32,607 nucleotides of DNA, taken from positions 1 through 32,607 of the forward strand of contig JBFKTF010000003.1 in the NCBI GenBank assembly GCA_041636435.1. Direction: 5' to 3'. The notes below the pieces were generated by a model that saw nothing but the letters and a program-made list of their open reading frames with translations, had not been told where the DNA came from and searched no databases. Shown here one piece after another: positions 9,344-18,009 of the stretch (position 1 is the stretch's first letter; each line of letters begins with the position of its first letter). Position numbers and translations under genes: made by a program. This DNA is from Thermoplasmatota archaeon (GTDB taxonomy: Archaea; Thermoplasmatota; E2; JACPAO01; JAHFTW01).

Positions 9344-9835
9344 TCAATCCTTGCGCGCCACCTTGCGCGCCGGCACCCCAGCCCAGAACTCGCCGGCGGG
9401 CACGTCACGGTTGACCAAGGCCATGGCCCCAATGGTGGCCCCATCGCCAATGGTGACGCCGGGCAGGATGAGTGCCTTGGCTCCGATGCTGACGCCCTCG
9501 CCAATGGTGACCGGCCCGCGCTGGTAGTCCTTGACGGTGTAGCCATGGCATAGGATGGTGGCATCGTAGCCAACGATGCTGTTGTCGCCAATGGTGACGT
9601 CCTGGGGGTAGAGGATGTCCAAGGTCGCCTCGAACCCGAACGCCACGTGTTTGCCAATCTTGGCGCCACACAGCCGGTACATGATGGCCTTGAGGCGTTG
9701 GCTGGGGCTCCACCGCGCCAGCAGGATCCACCACGTGTTCCAGAACACCCGGAAAAACCCGACGTCGCGGTAGACGTGCCACAGGCTGTTGTGCTTGCCG
9801 CTGCTGGGGTGGACCGTCACGCGCTCGTGGGGCAC
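9344..9835 (-). CDS. Hexapeptide-repeat O-acetyltransferase, YvoF-like
   Basis: LbH repeats (VTIGDNSIVGYDATIL, VTIGEGVSIGAKALILPGVTIGDGATIGA); N-terminus 'HPSSGKHNSLWHVY' resembles B. subtilis YvoF as recalled. Confidence 0.85.
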   Translation of the reverse strand: MPHERVTVHPSSGKHNSLWHVYRDVGFFRVFWNTWWILLARWSPSQRLKAIMYRLCGAKIGKHVAFGFEATLDILYPQDVTIGDNSIVGYDATILCHGYTVKDYQRGPVTIGEGVSIGAKALILPGVTIGDGATIGAMALVNRDVPAGEFWAGVPARKVARKD

Positions 9836-9873
9836 GATGCCCCATGGATGTGGCGGCGTAAAGGGGCGCGGGT

Positions 9874-10668
9874 TCAGAGGTCGGCGGCAAAGCGCCGTGC
9901 GGCGGCGTGGACTTGTTCCTGCCAGTCCTCGTCGCTGCCAGCGTACATGACGCTGCGACCCACGTTGACCACCGCGAAGCGTCCATCGGCGTCGCCACCT
10001 TGGTGCAGCGTCGTGGCGGCGTCGCCTCCTTGGGCGCCCACGCCGGGAATCAAGAGCGGGACGCCGTCGCCGACGATGCCTCGGATGGCGGCCAGTTCGT
10101 CGGGGTATGTGGCGCCGGCCACGAGACCGATGTTGCCGTCGGTGTTCCACTCCATCGCCTTGTGGGCGACGTGGTGCCAGAACGGCTTGCCATCCACGAC
10201 GAGGTCCTGCAGATCACCGGCGCTGGCGTTGCTGGTGCGGCACAGCAGGAAGACGCCCTTGTCCACGTAGTCCGTGAACGGCTTGACCGTGTCATGGCCC
10301 AAGTACGGCGTCACGGTGACGGCGTCGGCGCCCAATTCATCGAAGGCCGCTTCGGCGTACTTGCTGGCCGTGTGGCCGATGTCGTTGCGCTTGCCATCCA
10401 GGATGACCGGGATGCCGGGGGGCACGGCGGCGATGACGTCCATCAGCGCTTCGTGGCCCAGGCTGCCCAGCGCTTCAAAGAACGCCGCGTTGGGCTTGTA
10501 CGCCGCGGCCACATCGTGCGTGGCCTCGATGATGCCCAACAAGAACTCCGTCGTGTCGTCCACGCCCAAGCCCTTCGGGTACTGTTCGGGGTCCGGATCC
10601 AGGCCGACGCACAACCAGCTGCCCGCGCGCTCCGCGCTGGCGACGAGGCGTTCGTTGAAGGTGTCCAC
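9874..10668 (-). CDS. pyrF: Orotidine 5'-phosphate decarboxylase (subfamily 2)
   Basis: 'LCVGLDP', 'YKPNAAFFE', 'DGKRNDIG', 'LCRTSN', 'GATYP', 'PGVGAQGG', 'NVGRS'. Confidence 0.95.
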   Translation of the reverse strand: MDTFNERLVASAERAGSWLCVGLDPDPEQYPKGLGVDDTTEFLLGIIEATHDVAAAYKPNAAFFEALGSLGHEALMDVIAAVPPGIPVILDGKRNDIGHTASKYAEAAFDELGADAVTVTPYLGHDTVKPFTDYVDKGVFLLCRTSNASAGDLQDLVVDGKPFWHHVAHKAMEWNTDGNIGLVAGATYPDELAAIRGIVGDGVPLLIPGVGAQGGDAATTLHQGGDADGRFAVVNVGRSVMYAGSDEDWQEQVHAAARRFAADL

Positions 10669-10729
10669 GAAGCGGCCAGCCGGGGCTCCGACTTGGCCGT
10701 TTGCACGAAGCGACGCACCGAAGGTGCAG

Positions 10730-10756
10730 CAAAGGGAGGAGAGGAAGAAGAAGCGA
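10730..10756 (-). terminator. Putative pyrimidine-rich archaeal terminator after aIF-5A
   Basis: The minus strand reads TTCGCTTCTTCTTCCTCTCCTCCCTTT just after the aIF-5A stop. Confidence 0.45.
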
Positions 10757-10762
10757 ATCCGC

Positions 10763-11149
10763 TTACGAGGTGCTGACGGACTGCAGCATGCGGCGGCCCA
10801 TGGACTCGATGTAGACGCAGTCCTTGCCGGCCTCGACGCCTTCGACGTCGCCGATGGGCAGTTCGAAGGTCTCGAACGTCTCGGCGTCCATGATCTGGGC
10901 TTGGTCGCCCATGATGGCCAGGATTTGGGCACCGCGGCGGTCCATGACAGGGACCCAGATCTTGTCGGTCACACTGCCGGTGTAGGTCTTCTTGGAGCCC
11001 GTGAAGATGCTGCGACCCTCGATGCGGGCCTTGGCAGCGCCGTGCTTGCCGGGCTTCGACTTCGTGATGGAGTCGATCTTGCAGGGCTCATCGTCGATGA
11101 GCATGAAGCGTCCTTCCTTCAGGGTCCGGACTTCAGCCTGTTCCTTCAT
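10763..11149 (-). CDS. eif5a: Translation factor aIF-5A
   Basis: Hypusine motif 'SKPGKHGAAK'; 'AQIMDAETFETFE'. Confidence 0.96.
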   Translation of the reverse strand: MKEQAEVRTLKEGRFMLIDDEPCKIDSITKSKPGKHGAAKARIEGRSIFTGSKKTYTGSVTDKIWVPVMDRRGAQILAIMGDQAQIMDAETFETFELPIGDVEGVEAGKDCVYIESMGRRMLQSVSTS

Positions 11150-11250
11150 GGGGCTCGTGGCGCGGGAGCCCCCCTTCCTGATAAAGGGTATCGGAGCCGC
11201 GTCGCTGGACACAACGGTCAAGATGCGGCCATCCCCATCGGCCCAGGTCG

Positions 11251-12834
11251 ATGGCTGCCAAGATCGCCGTGCCGGCCGAAAACGAATCCAGCGACGGCCT
11301 GTTGCGGGAACTGAACCTGTTTGGTGCCGTGTCCATGATTGTGGGCATCGTCATCGGGAGTGGCATCTTCCTGAGCGTCAACCGCGTCGCCCAAGGCACC
11401 GGTTCCCCCGCCATGATTGTGGTCCTGTGGGTCGTCGCCGGCCTCATGACGCTCATGGGTGCGTTGTGCTACGCCGAATTGGGCACCATCTTCCCCCGCG
11501 CCGGGGGCGAATACGTGTTCCTGAAGGAAGGCCTTGGGACGTTGGCGGCCTTCATGTCGGGGTGGGTGGCGTTCACCATCAATCTTGCCGGCAGCGCCGC
11601 GGCCTTGGCCATCGTGTTCAGCAACCAACTTTTCGTCATCGCCGGCAACTCGGAAGGCACCGTCCTGTTCGACATCCCGGGCGCCTTCTTCCCGCCCTTC
11701 ACCACGGTGCGCCTGTTTGCCATCTGCCTCATCGCCATCTTGTCCATCGTCAACTATTACGGCGTCAAGTACGGCGGCGGTGTCCAGATGGTTTTCACTG
11801 CCGCCAAAGGCATCGTGATTGTCGGCCTCGCCATCGCGGCCTTGGCCTATGCGGGTGACGCCCTGACTCCGGAGGTCGGCTTGTTCGAGACCGCCGAGTA
11901 CAGCATCGAGAAGGACGGCGCCATCGAGAACCTCACGGGCTTCGACATGGGCCTCTTCCTCGGCGTCGCCATGGTGGGTGCCCTGTTTGCCTACGATGGC
12001 TGGACCAACGTGGTCCGCGTCGGGTCCGAACTGAAGAACCCCGGCAAGAACATCCCCAAGGCGATGTTGCTGGGTCTGGTCGGCGTCATGGTCCTCTACA
12101 TCCTGATCTCGTTTGGCTACCTCAACGTCCTGGGCTACCAAGGGTTGGCCGACGCCAGCGTCGCGGGACTAAACGACAACGCCCGCACCGTCGCCACCAA
12201 CACCGCCAATGGTCTCTTTGGCGAGGGCGGCGAGAACATCGTGGCCGGCATGATTCTCATCAGCGTCTTTGGTGCCCTCAACGGCATCACCCTCAGTGGT
12301 CCCCGCATCTATTACGCCATGGCCCGCGACCGCCTCTTCCCCCGCATCTTCGAACGCCTGACGCGCCACCACACCCCCGGTTGGGCCATCCTGTTCCAAG
12401 CACTGCTTGGCGGTGTCTTCCTGTTGTTCTTCGACTTCGAAGCCCTCACGGACAACGTGGTGTTCATCTCGTTCTTCTTCTACGGCCTCGCCGCCGTGGG
12501 GCTCATCGTGCTGCGCCGCACCCACCCCCACTTGCACCGCCCCTACAAGGTGCCCCTCTACCCGGTGCTGCCCGTCGCCTACGCCATCGTGGCTTGGACG
12601 TTCGTCACGTACCTTATCGTCGACCAAGCCGGCGCCATCGCCGACACGGTCGCCGCCGGCGGCGCACTCACCGCGGACCTGTTCAATCGGGTGTTCAGCT
12701 TCCTCGTCGTCCTGGCAGGCCTGCCCATCTTCTTCGTCTACCGGCGACAAGCTGTGGCGGCCGCCAAGAAGGAAGGCAAGCTGCCCCCGCCGCCCCTGTT
12801 TGGTCCTGACCCCCACGCCGAAGAGCGTGCGTGA
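11251..12834 (+). CDS. APC-family amino acid permease (LAT/SteT-like)
   Basis: 'IGSGIF', 'CYAELGT..PRAGGEY', 'FAYDGW', 'ELKNPGKNIP', 'RPYKVP'; 12 TM. Confidence 0.93.
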   Translation: MAAKIAVPAENESSDGLLRELNLFGAVSMIVGIVIGSGIFLSVNRVAQGTGSPAMIVVLWVVAGLMTLMGALCYAELGTIFPRAGGEYVFLKEGLGTLAAFMSGWVAFTINLAGSAAALAIVFSNQLFVIAGNSEGTVLFDIPGAFFPPFTTVRLFAICLIAILSIVNYYGVKYGGGVQMVFTAAKGIVIVGLAIAALAYAGDALTPEVGLFETAEYSIEKDGAIENLTGFDMGLFLGVAMVGALFAYDGWTNVVRVGSELKNPGKNIPKAMLLGLVGVMVLYILISFGYLNVLGYQGLADASVAGLNDNARTVATNTANGLFGEGGENIVAGMILISVFGALNGITLSGPRIYYAMARDRLFPRIFERLTRHHTPGWAILFQALLGGVFLLFFDFEALTDNVVFISFFFYGLAAVGLIVLRRTHPHLHRPYKVPLYPVLPVAYAIVAWTFVTYLIVDQAGAIADTVAAGGALTADLFNRVFSFLVVLAGLPIFFVYRRQAVAAAKKEGKLPPPPLFGPDPHAEERA

Positions 12835-12893
12835 TTCGATAGATCCGGACCATGGGGTCGCCGTTCTTGACGATGGCCTGCGATGGCGCATCG

Positions 12894-13103
12894 ATGATGC
12901 GTGCCATCCTCACCCTGAGCCTGCTCTTGATTGCCCCCACCGTGGCCGCCGAAGCGGACCTCGACGTCGGCGCCGACGCCGAGACCCGTTCCTATTGCGT
13001 CATTGGCGACGTCGTCAACACGGGAGGTGGCCCCTGCGAAGGCATCTACTGCGAAGGCTGGAGCCGTGGTGGCTGGCACGTCTGCTGGGACATCCACCCC
13101 TAG
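12894..13103 (+). CDS. Small secreted Cys-containing protein
   Basis: Signal peptide MMRAILTLSLLLIAPTVAA, acidic spacer, 4 Cys and 3 Trp; followed by a pyrimidine tract. Confidence 0.6.
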   Translation: MMRAILTLSLLLIAPTVAAEADLDVGADAETRSYCVIGDVVNTGGGPCEGIYCEGWSRGGWHVCWDIHP

Positions 13104-13159
13104 GCCCCACCCCGCGCCTCATCCCTTTCTTCTTGGCAAAGCATTGAACCCGGGAACGC

Positions 13160-13936
13160 ATGGTGGCCACCGTGCCCTCCCCGGAACAGAACGCGCTCGA
13201 GCTGGCCGACGCCGCCCGCGAAGCATGGCGCGCGGTGCGCCACCGCGACGACCTGCACCAAGAAGTGGGCACCGGTGCCGATGGCACCCCGACCCTGCGC
13301 GTGGACCAAATCCTGGACGAAGCCATCCTGGAACGGGCACGGGACTTGGGCATCGGCGTCATCAGCGAAGAAAGTGGCCAGAGCGGCGATGCCTCATCCG
13401 GCCTCTGGGCCTACGTGGATCCATTGGATGGCAGCCGCAACGCGGCCCGCGGCATCCCGTTCTTCTGCACCAGCATCGCCATCGCCGATGGCCCCGGCCA
13501 TGACCACTTGTTGGCCGGCGTGGTGCGCAACCTCGTCACCGGCGAGACCGTGCACGCCGGGGAAGGCCCGGTCCGCGTGGACGGCGACGTCCACGAGCCA
13601 CGCCCATTCAACCCCGGCGAAGTGATGGTCGCCGTCATCGCCGACTCGGCCAAGGACGAAATCAAGGCGGAACAAGGGCGCCGCGGCCACCACATGCGCG
13701 ACTTGGGCTCCGCCGCCCTGGAGATGGCCTACATCGCCACGGGCGCGCTGGATGCCTTCCTGGTGCGCCAACCCTGGCTGCGCAACATCGACATCGCCGC
13801 CGGCATGCACCTTGTGGACCGCGCCGGAGGCGAGCACCACGACCCGCAAGGCGGCCCCGTCCAATTGGACTTCGACGTGCGCCGCCGCATCGGCATCGTG
13901 GCCGGCCGAGCCGGCGCTCTGGAGGCCGTCGCATGA
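13160..13936 (+). CDS. Inositol monophosphatase/FBPase-family phosphatase (possible NADP phosphatase)
   Basis: 'GADGTPT', 'ISEE', 'VDPLDGSRNA', 'RDLGSAALE', 'DIAAG'; ATGA overlap with NAD kinase. Confidence 0.9.
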   Translation: MVATVPSPEQNALELADAAREAWRAVRHRDDLHQEVGTGADGTPTLRVDQILDEAILERARDLGIGVISEESGQSGDASSGLWAYVDPLDGSRNAARGIPFFCTSIAIADGPGHDHLLAGVVRNLVTGETVHAGEGPVRVDGDVHEPRPFNPGEVMVAVIADSAKDEIKAEQGRRGHHMRDLGSAALEMAYIATGALDAFLVRQPWLRNIDIAAGMHLVDRAGGEHHDPQGGPVQLDFDVRRRIGIVAGRAGALEAVA

Positions 13937-14760
13937 AGTGGGGTGTCATCGGCAAAGGCGGCATCCCCCACGTCCAAAAGGAGGCCGAGGAAGTCATTCG
14001 GCTCCTCAAGGCCCGCGACCAAGAAGTCCTCGTCGACGAGGAGCTGCGCGCCATTGGCGAAGAGACCCGTCCCATCGCCCAGTTGGACGACGAGGTCGAC
14101 TTGTTCGTCACCATTGGCGGCGACGGCACCATCCTCCACACCCAGCACCACACGGACAAGCCCGTGCTGGGCATCAACGCCGGCGCCATCGGGTTCCTGG
14201 CCGAGGTGGAGCCACCCCATGCCGCGGCCGCCATCGACGAGGTCGTGGCCGGACGCCACCGCATCGAAGAACGCCACCGGCTGCGCACCACGCTCGATGG
14301 CCAGGTGCTCAGCGACGCCATCAACGAAGTGACGTTGCAGACCAGCCGCATCGCGAAACTGATTCGCTTCCACGTCCACGTCGATGGCGAACTGCTGGAC
14401 ACGTTCCGCGGCGATGGAATCATCGTCAGCACCCCCACCGGCTCGACGGGTTACGCCATGAGCGTCGGTGGCCCGCTGGTGCACCCGCGAGTCAATGGCA
14501 TCGTCTTGGCGCCCATTGCGCCATTCAAACTCGCCAGTCGACCCTGGGTCGTCCCCGCCGATTCCCGCATCGAAGTGACGTTGCTGGAACGCGACAGCGC
14601 CCAAGGCCTGCAACAGGCCCGCGCCGTCATCGATGGCCAAATGGGGCACAACGTGGACACCGGTTCCACGCTCCGCATCGGCCTCAGCGACCACAAGGCC
14701 CGCTTCGTCCGCCTCACCACCGGATTCTACGAACGCGTCCGCACCAAGCTCACGCGCTGA
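13933..14760 (+). CDS. nadK: NAD kinase
   Basis: 'GGDGTIL', 'GINAGAIGFL', 'INE', 'GDGIIVSTPTGSTGYAMSVGGP'. Confidence 0.96.
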   Translation: MKWGVIGKGGIPHVQKEAEEVIRLLKARDQEVLVDEELRAIGEETRPIAQLDDEVDLFVTIGGDGTILHTQHHTDKPVLGINAGAIGFLAEVEPPHAAAAIDEVVAGRHRIEERHRLRTTLDGQVLSDAINEVTLQTSRIAKLIRFHVHVDGELLDTFRGDGIIVSTPTGSTGYAMSVGGPLVHPRVNGIVLAPIAPFKLASRPWVVPADSRIEVTLLERDSAQGLQQARAVIDGQMGHNVDTGSTLRIGLSDHKARFVRLTTGFYERVRTKLTR

Positions 14761-15359
14761 TGGTCTTCCGCCGCAAGAAAGGCAAGTGGCGCGAAATCCG
14801 CGAAGGCTACGACAAGCTGCCCCGCGATCAGTGGACCGACGACGAAGACGCCCACTGGTGGGCCAACTGCAGCAACGACGAATACTGGGCCGAGTGGGAA
14901 CGCTGGAGCCGCGAAACCCACACCCACCCCAAGATCAAACAAATCAAGCGCGACGTGCTGGACATGGCGATGCAGGCGGCCAAGGAAACCGACACGGCCG
15001 CCATCGAGGACGCGGTCGCCCGTGGCGATGCCTTCTACGAAGACGGCGGACAGCGAGGCGCCGAATTCGCGTGCTTGCTCAGCGTCCGGGGCGAAACCAT
15101 CGATGAATTGGTGCTCCTGCCCGGCACCGTCAGCGGCGACGAACACGCGATCTTCAACATGTGGATGCAGCCCATCGACAAGACGGTCCGGGGCAGCCTC
15201 CACAGCCACCCCGACGAGCATCCGTACCCCAGCGAAGCGGACTTCGAGTTGTTCGAAGCCCACGGGGAAATCCACCTCATCTTGTGCCGCCCGTACGGGC
15301 CAGACGATTGGCGCGCCTATGCCCACGACGGGACGCCCATCCACTTGGAGGTCGTATGA
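14760..15359 (+). CDS. JAB1/MPN+/JAMM metallo-isopeptidase with N-terminal extension
   Basis: Catalytic E ('AEFACLL') and HxH-x7-S-x2-D ('HSHPDEHPYPSEAD'); TGATG coupling to nadK. Confidence 0.88.
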   Translation: MVFRRKKGKWREIREGYDKLPRDQWTDDEDAHWWANCSNDEYWAEWERWSRETHTHPKIKQIKRDVLDMAMQAAKETDTAAIEDAVARGDAFYEDGGQRGAEFACLLSVRGETIDELVLLPGTVSGDEHAIFNMWMQPIDKTVRGSLHSHPDEHPYPSEADFELFEAHGEIHLILCRPYGPDDWRAYAHDGTPIHLEVV

Positions 15360-16318
15360 TCAGCTGGCAAGACGCCCTGGTCGCCGCGGCGCCCATTCTC
15401 ATCGCGTGGCTGCTGTGGCGCTTGCAAGCGCTCGCCATCAACCGCGTCTTGCGGGGCGGCATGGTCAAGCTGCTGCGTTACCAGCGCACCACCTACAACG
15501 TCGTCAGTTGGTTTGGCGTGCTGCTGCACGAAATCAGCCACGCCGTCGTCATGCTCCTGGGCGGACACGGCATCCGCGGCTTCAAGGTCGGCGTCGACGC
15601 CGGACACGTCACGCCCAAACAGGTCCGCAAGGGGCCCTTGGGGACGCTCACGTTCATCGCCGCTGCCTTGGCTCCCATGGTGGCCGCGCCGGCCGCCATC
15701 ACGGCGTTCCTGCTCATTGGCCGTCCCTTGCCCGACACCTCGGCGGCCCATGGTTTCGTTGGCATCCGGGACAACTTGGAGTACATTGCCACGGACATCC
15801 TGCAACGGCTCGCTTTTGACGTGGCCGGCATGGACTTGACCACTTGGATGGGTGCGACCCTGTTTGCCTTGGCCGTCTTCGCCATGCCATCGGCCCGGCC
15901 AAGCCACGTCCGCAACAAAGGCGAGGCCGATGAAGGCGACATCGCCGTGGTGCGCCGTCTCATCCGCCAACGGCCCTGGCCGGTGCTGGCGTTCTGGCTG
16001 GTGCTGTACGGCGCGTACTTCGCCATCGTGCCCTTTGCCCCCGCAGCCTACTGGCTGGGCTGGCAACTGGTCTGGTCCATTGGCCTGGTGGGCACCACGC
16101 TGGCGGTCCTCATGGGCCTCGTTTGGTATGCTGTGGCGTGGACTGGCCGCGTGCAGGCCTGGATTGCTTGGCTGCCCTACGCGGCCGCCATCGCCGTCCA
16201 AGTGGGCGGTCGGCTGCTGGACGTCCCCGGGGGCGTCTTGGTCATCAACGCCGCATCCATCGTTGTTCTGCTGGGCCTGGCGTGGTCCTTGCGCATGATG
16301 GCGCCGCGCCGCTTCTAG
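15356..16318 (+). CDS. Membrane metalloprotease (M50/M50B-like)
   Basis: HExxH 'GVLLHEISHAVV', 'AALAP', multiple TM segments; ATGA overlap with the JAMM gene. Confidence 0.75.
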   Translation: MISWQDALVAAAPILIAWLLWRLQALAINRVLRGGMVKLLRYQRTTYNVVSWFGVLLHEISHAVVMLLGGHGIRGFKVGVDAGHVTPKQVRKGPLGTLTFIAAALAPMVAAPAAITAFLLIGRPLPDTSAAHGFVGIRDNLEYIATDILQRLAFDVAGMDLTTWMGATLFALAVFAMPSARPSHVRNKGEADEGDIAVVRRLIRQRPWPVLAFWLVLYGAYFAIVPFAPAAYWLGWQLVWSIGLVGTTLAVLMGLVWYAVAWTGRVQAWIAWLPYAAAIAVQVGGRLLDVPGGVLVINAASIVVLLGLAWSLRMMAPRRF

Positions 16319-16364
16319 GCCGAGTCGGAATCCCTTTGCCGGCCCGGTCCTACGTCCACAGGAC

Positions 16365-17360
16365 ATGGCGGAGATGCGTCTGCTTCCCGGCGAACGGATG
16401 GAGAGCGACTTGCGGCCCCACCCCTTCGCGTGGGCTGGCTACTACTTCATCGCCGCGTGGCCTGCGCTGCTGGGCATCGCCTTGGCCTTCGTCTTCCGCA
16501 CCGATTGGTGGCAGAACGCCGACCAAGGCGCTTGGTACCAGGTGTGGACCTGGCTCTATGGCAACACGGCCAGCGCCGTGGTCTACATGTTCGTGGGACT
16601 GCTGCTCATGGGCGCCATCATCGCGGTGGCGGCCATCCGATGGCGGACGTTCTTCGCCTACGCCTTCATCGGCCTGCTCGTCACGGCCGCGGTGGTCATG
16701 ACCGACATCGTGCCCGAGATGCTCATCCCGTTGGCCCTCGTCGTCGCCAGCTTCCCCTACCTGGCCGGCATGGAGCTGGATCGCCGCAGCCACCACTACA
16801 TCCTCACGAACCTGCGCATCGTGTTCCGCGGCGGCATGTTCGTGCGCCACGAACGGCAACTCAAATACGAGGCCATCACCGACCTCGACGGCACCCAGGG
16901 CCCCCTGGCGCGCATGTTCGATTTCGGGACCCTCATCCCCGTCACCCAATCCGGCTTCGGGCTGGGCGCCGACAAGTCCGAGGCCAACATCGCCGTGGGT
17001 GGCGGTGGCAGCAAAGGCGGCATCTTCGGGGGCGCTGCGGTGTCCGCCGGCGGCGGCAAGGAAGTCCAAACGGGCCGCGCCAAGTCGTTCCACCAACTCA
17101 CCGGCGTGCGACCTTACGCGGAGACCAAGTATCTCCTGGAGCGGCTCGTCCAAGAAGCCACCAGCACCCCGTACCTGCGCGAACAAGTGGAGCTGCAGCG
17201 GGAGATGCTGGAGCACATGCGCGACGAGAAACGCGCCCGCGCCGAAGCGGCCCACGCCCCCCACCCGGAGCGGGACGCCACGGCACCGCCACGCCCCACG
17301 CACGAGGACGTCGACTCGTGGGAAGGTGGGGGCAGCATCCCGCCCGGCCGACGCCGCTAG
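16365..17360 (+). CDS. Membrane protein with bacterial PH (bPH_2) domain
   Basis: 'LLPGE...LRPHP' N-terminus, 4 TM, 'YILTNLRIVFRGGMF...QGPLARMFDFGTL'. Confidence 0.8.
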   Translation: MAEMRLLPGERMESDLRPHPFAWAGYYFIAAWPALLGIALAFVFRTDWWQNADQGAWYQVWTWLYGNTASAVVYMFVGLLLMGAIIAVAAIRWRTFFAYAFIGLLVTAAVVMTDIVPEMLIPLALVVASFPYLAGMELDRRSHHYILTNLRIVFRGGMFVRHERQLKYEAITDLDGTQGPLARMFDFGTLIPVTQSGFGLGADKSEANIAVGGGGSKGGIFGGAAVSAGGGKEVQTGRAKSFHQLTGVRPYAETKYLLERLVQEATSTPYLREQVELQREMLEHMRDEKRARAEAAHAPHPERDATAPPRPTHEDVDSWEGGGSIPPGRRR

Positions 17361-17405
17361 CCTGGTCCAGCACGCCTTTGAAGTGCGCTGGGCTGGGACG
17401 CCTCG

Positions 17406-17708
17406 ATGCCTTTCTGTGCCGAATGCAAGAGCATGGCCTACCCGGTCGACGGCGTGCTGACCTGCCGCAAGTGCGGTTGGAGTGCCAACAAGAAGGCCGA
17501 GAGCCAGATCATCAAGGGCGAGGCCGTCGGCAAGGAACGCGTCGTCGTCGAGAAGGTCGACGACCCGCGAGCCCAGCAGGATGCCGAGTGCCCCAAGTGT
17601 GGCCACGGCAAGGCGTACTTCCACCTCATGCAGACCCGTCGCAGCGACGAACCGCCGACGGAAATCAACGAGTGCATGAAGTGCGGGTACTCCTGGCGGG
17701 AGTACTGA
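17406..17708 (+). CDS. tfs: Transcription factor S (TFS, RpoM-like)
   Basis: Two Zn ribbons (CAEC/CRKC and CPKC/CMKC) with acidic hairpin 'QTRRSDEPPT'; adjacent to PCNA. Confidence 0.93.
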   Translation: MPFCAECKSMAYPVDGVLTCRKCGWSANKKAESQIIKGEAVGKERVVVEKVDDPRAQQDAECPKCGHGKAYFHLMQTRRSDEPPTEINECMKCGYSWREY

Positions 17709-17714
17709 GGGTCA

Positions 17715-17912
17715 ATGAAGACGGGCGAGCGGCGACCCAGGGGTTTCTTTGGCCAGTTCGGGCTGGTGCCTTGGATGGTCATCGGCATTGGGCTGCTGCT
17801 TCGCTTCGTCTTTGTCCAGTTCACGGACGCTCCGCAGGTGGCCATCACCGGGACAGTGCTTGTCGTGGTGGGTGGTGTCTGGGGTCTCGTGCGGTGGGCG
17901 CGCGCCGCGTGA
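17715..17912 (+). CDS. Small 2-TM membrane protein
   Basis: 65 aa, two hydrophobic helices, GAGG upstream of the ATG. Confidence 0.55.
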   Translation: MKTGERRPRGFFGQFGLVPWMVIGIGLLLRFVFVQFTDAPQVAITGTVLVVVGGVWGLVRWARAA

Positions 17913-18009
17913 CCGCCGCTTGCAGGCACGCACGTTGGCTCCAAACGAACCATTGGTAACAATCGGCGTAGCCTTAAGCTCCCTCCAGGAATGGGCACTT
18001 CGATAGACC

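Noticed and set aside
13752-15359. 535-aa ORF suggesting a long JAMM fusion
   Set aside because: The first ~335 aa are an off-frame read of the IMPase and nadK genes. The real start is the coupled ATG at 14760.
17406-17708. Possible inhibitory TFS paralog (TFS4-like)
   Set aside because: The catalytic DE dipeptide in 'QTRRSDEPPT' is intact, so this is the ordinary cleavage factor.
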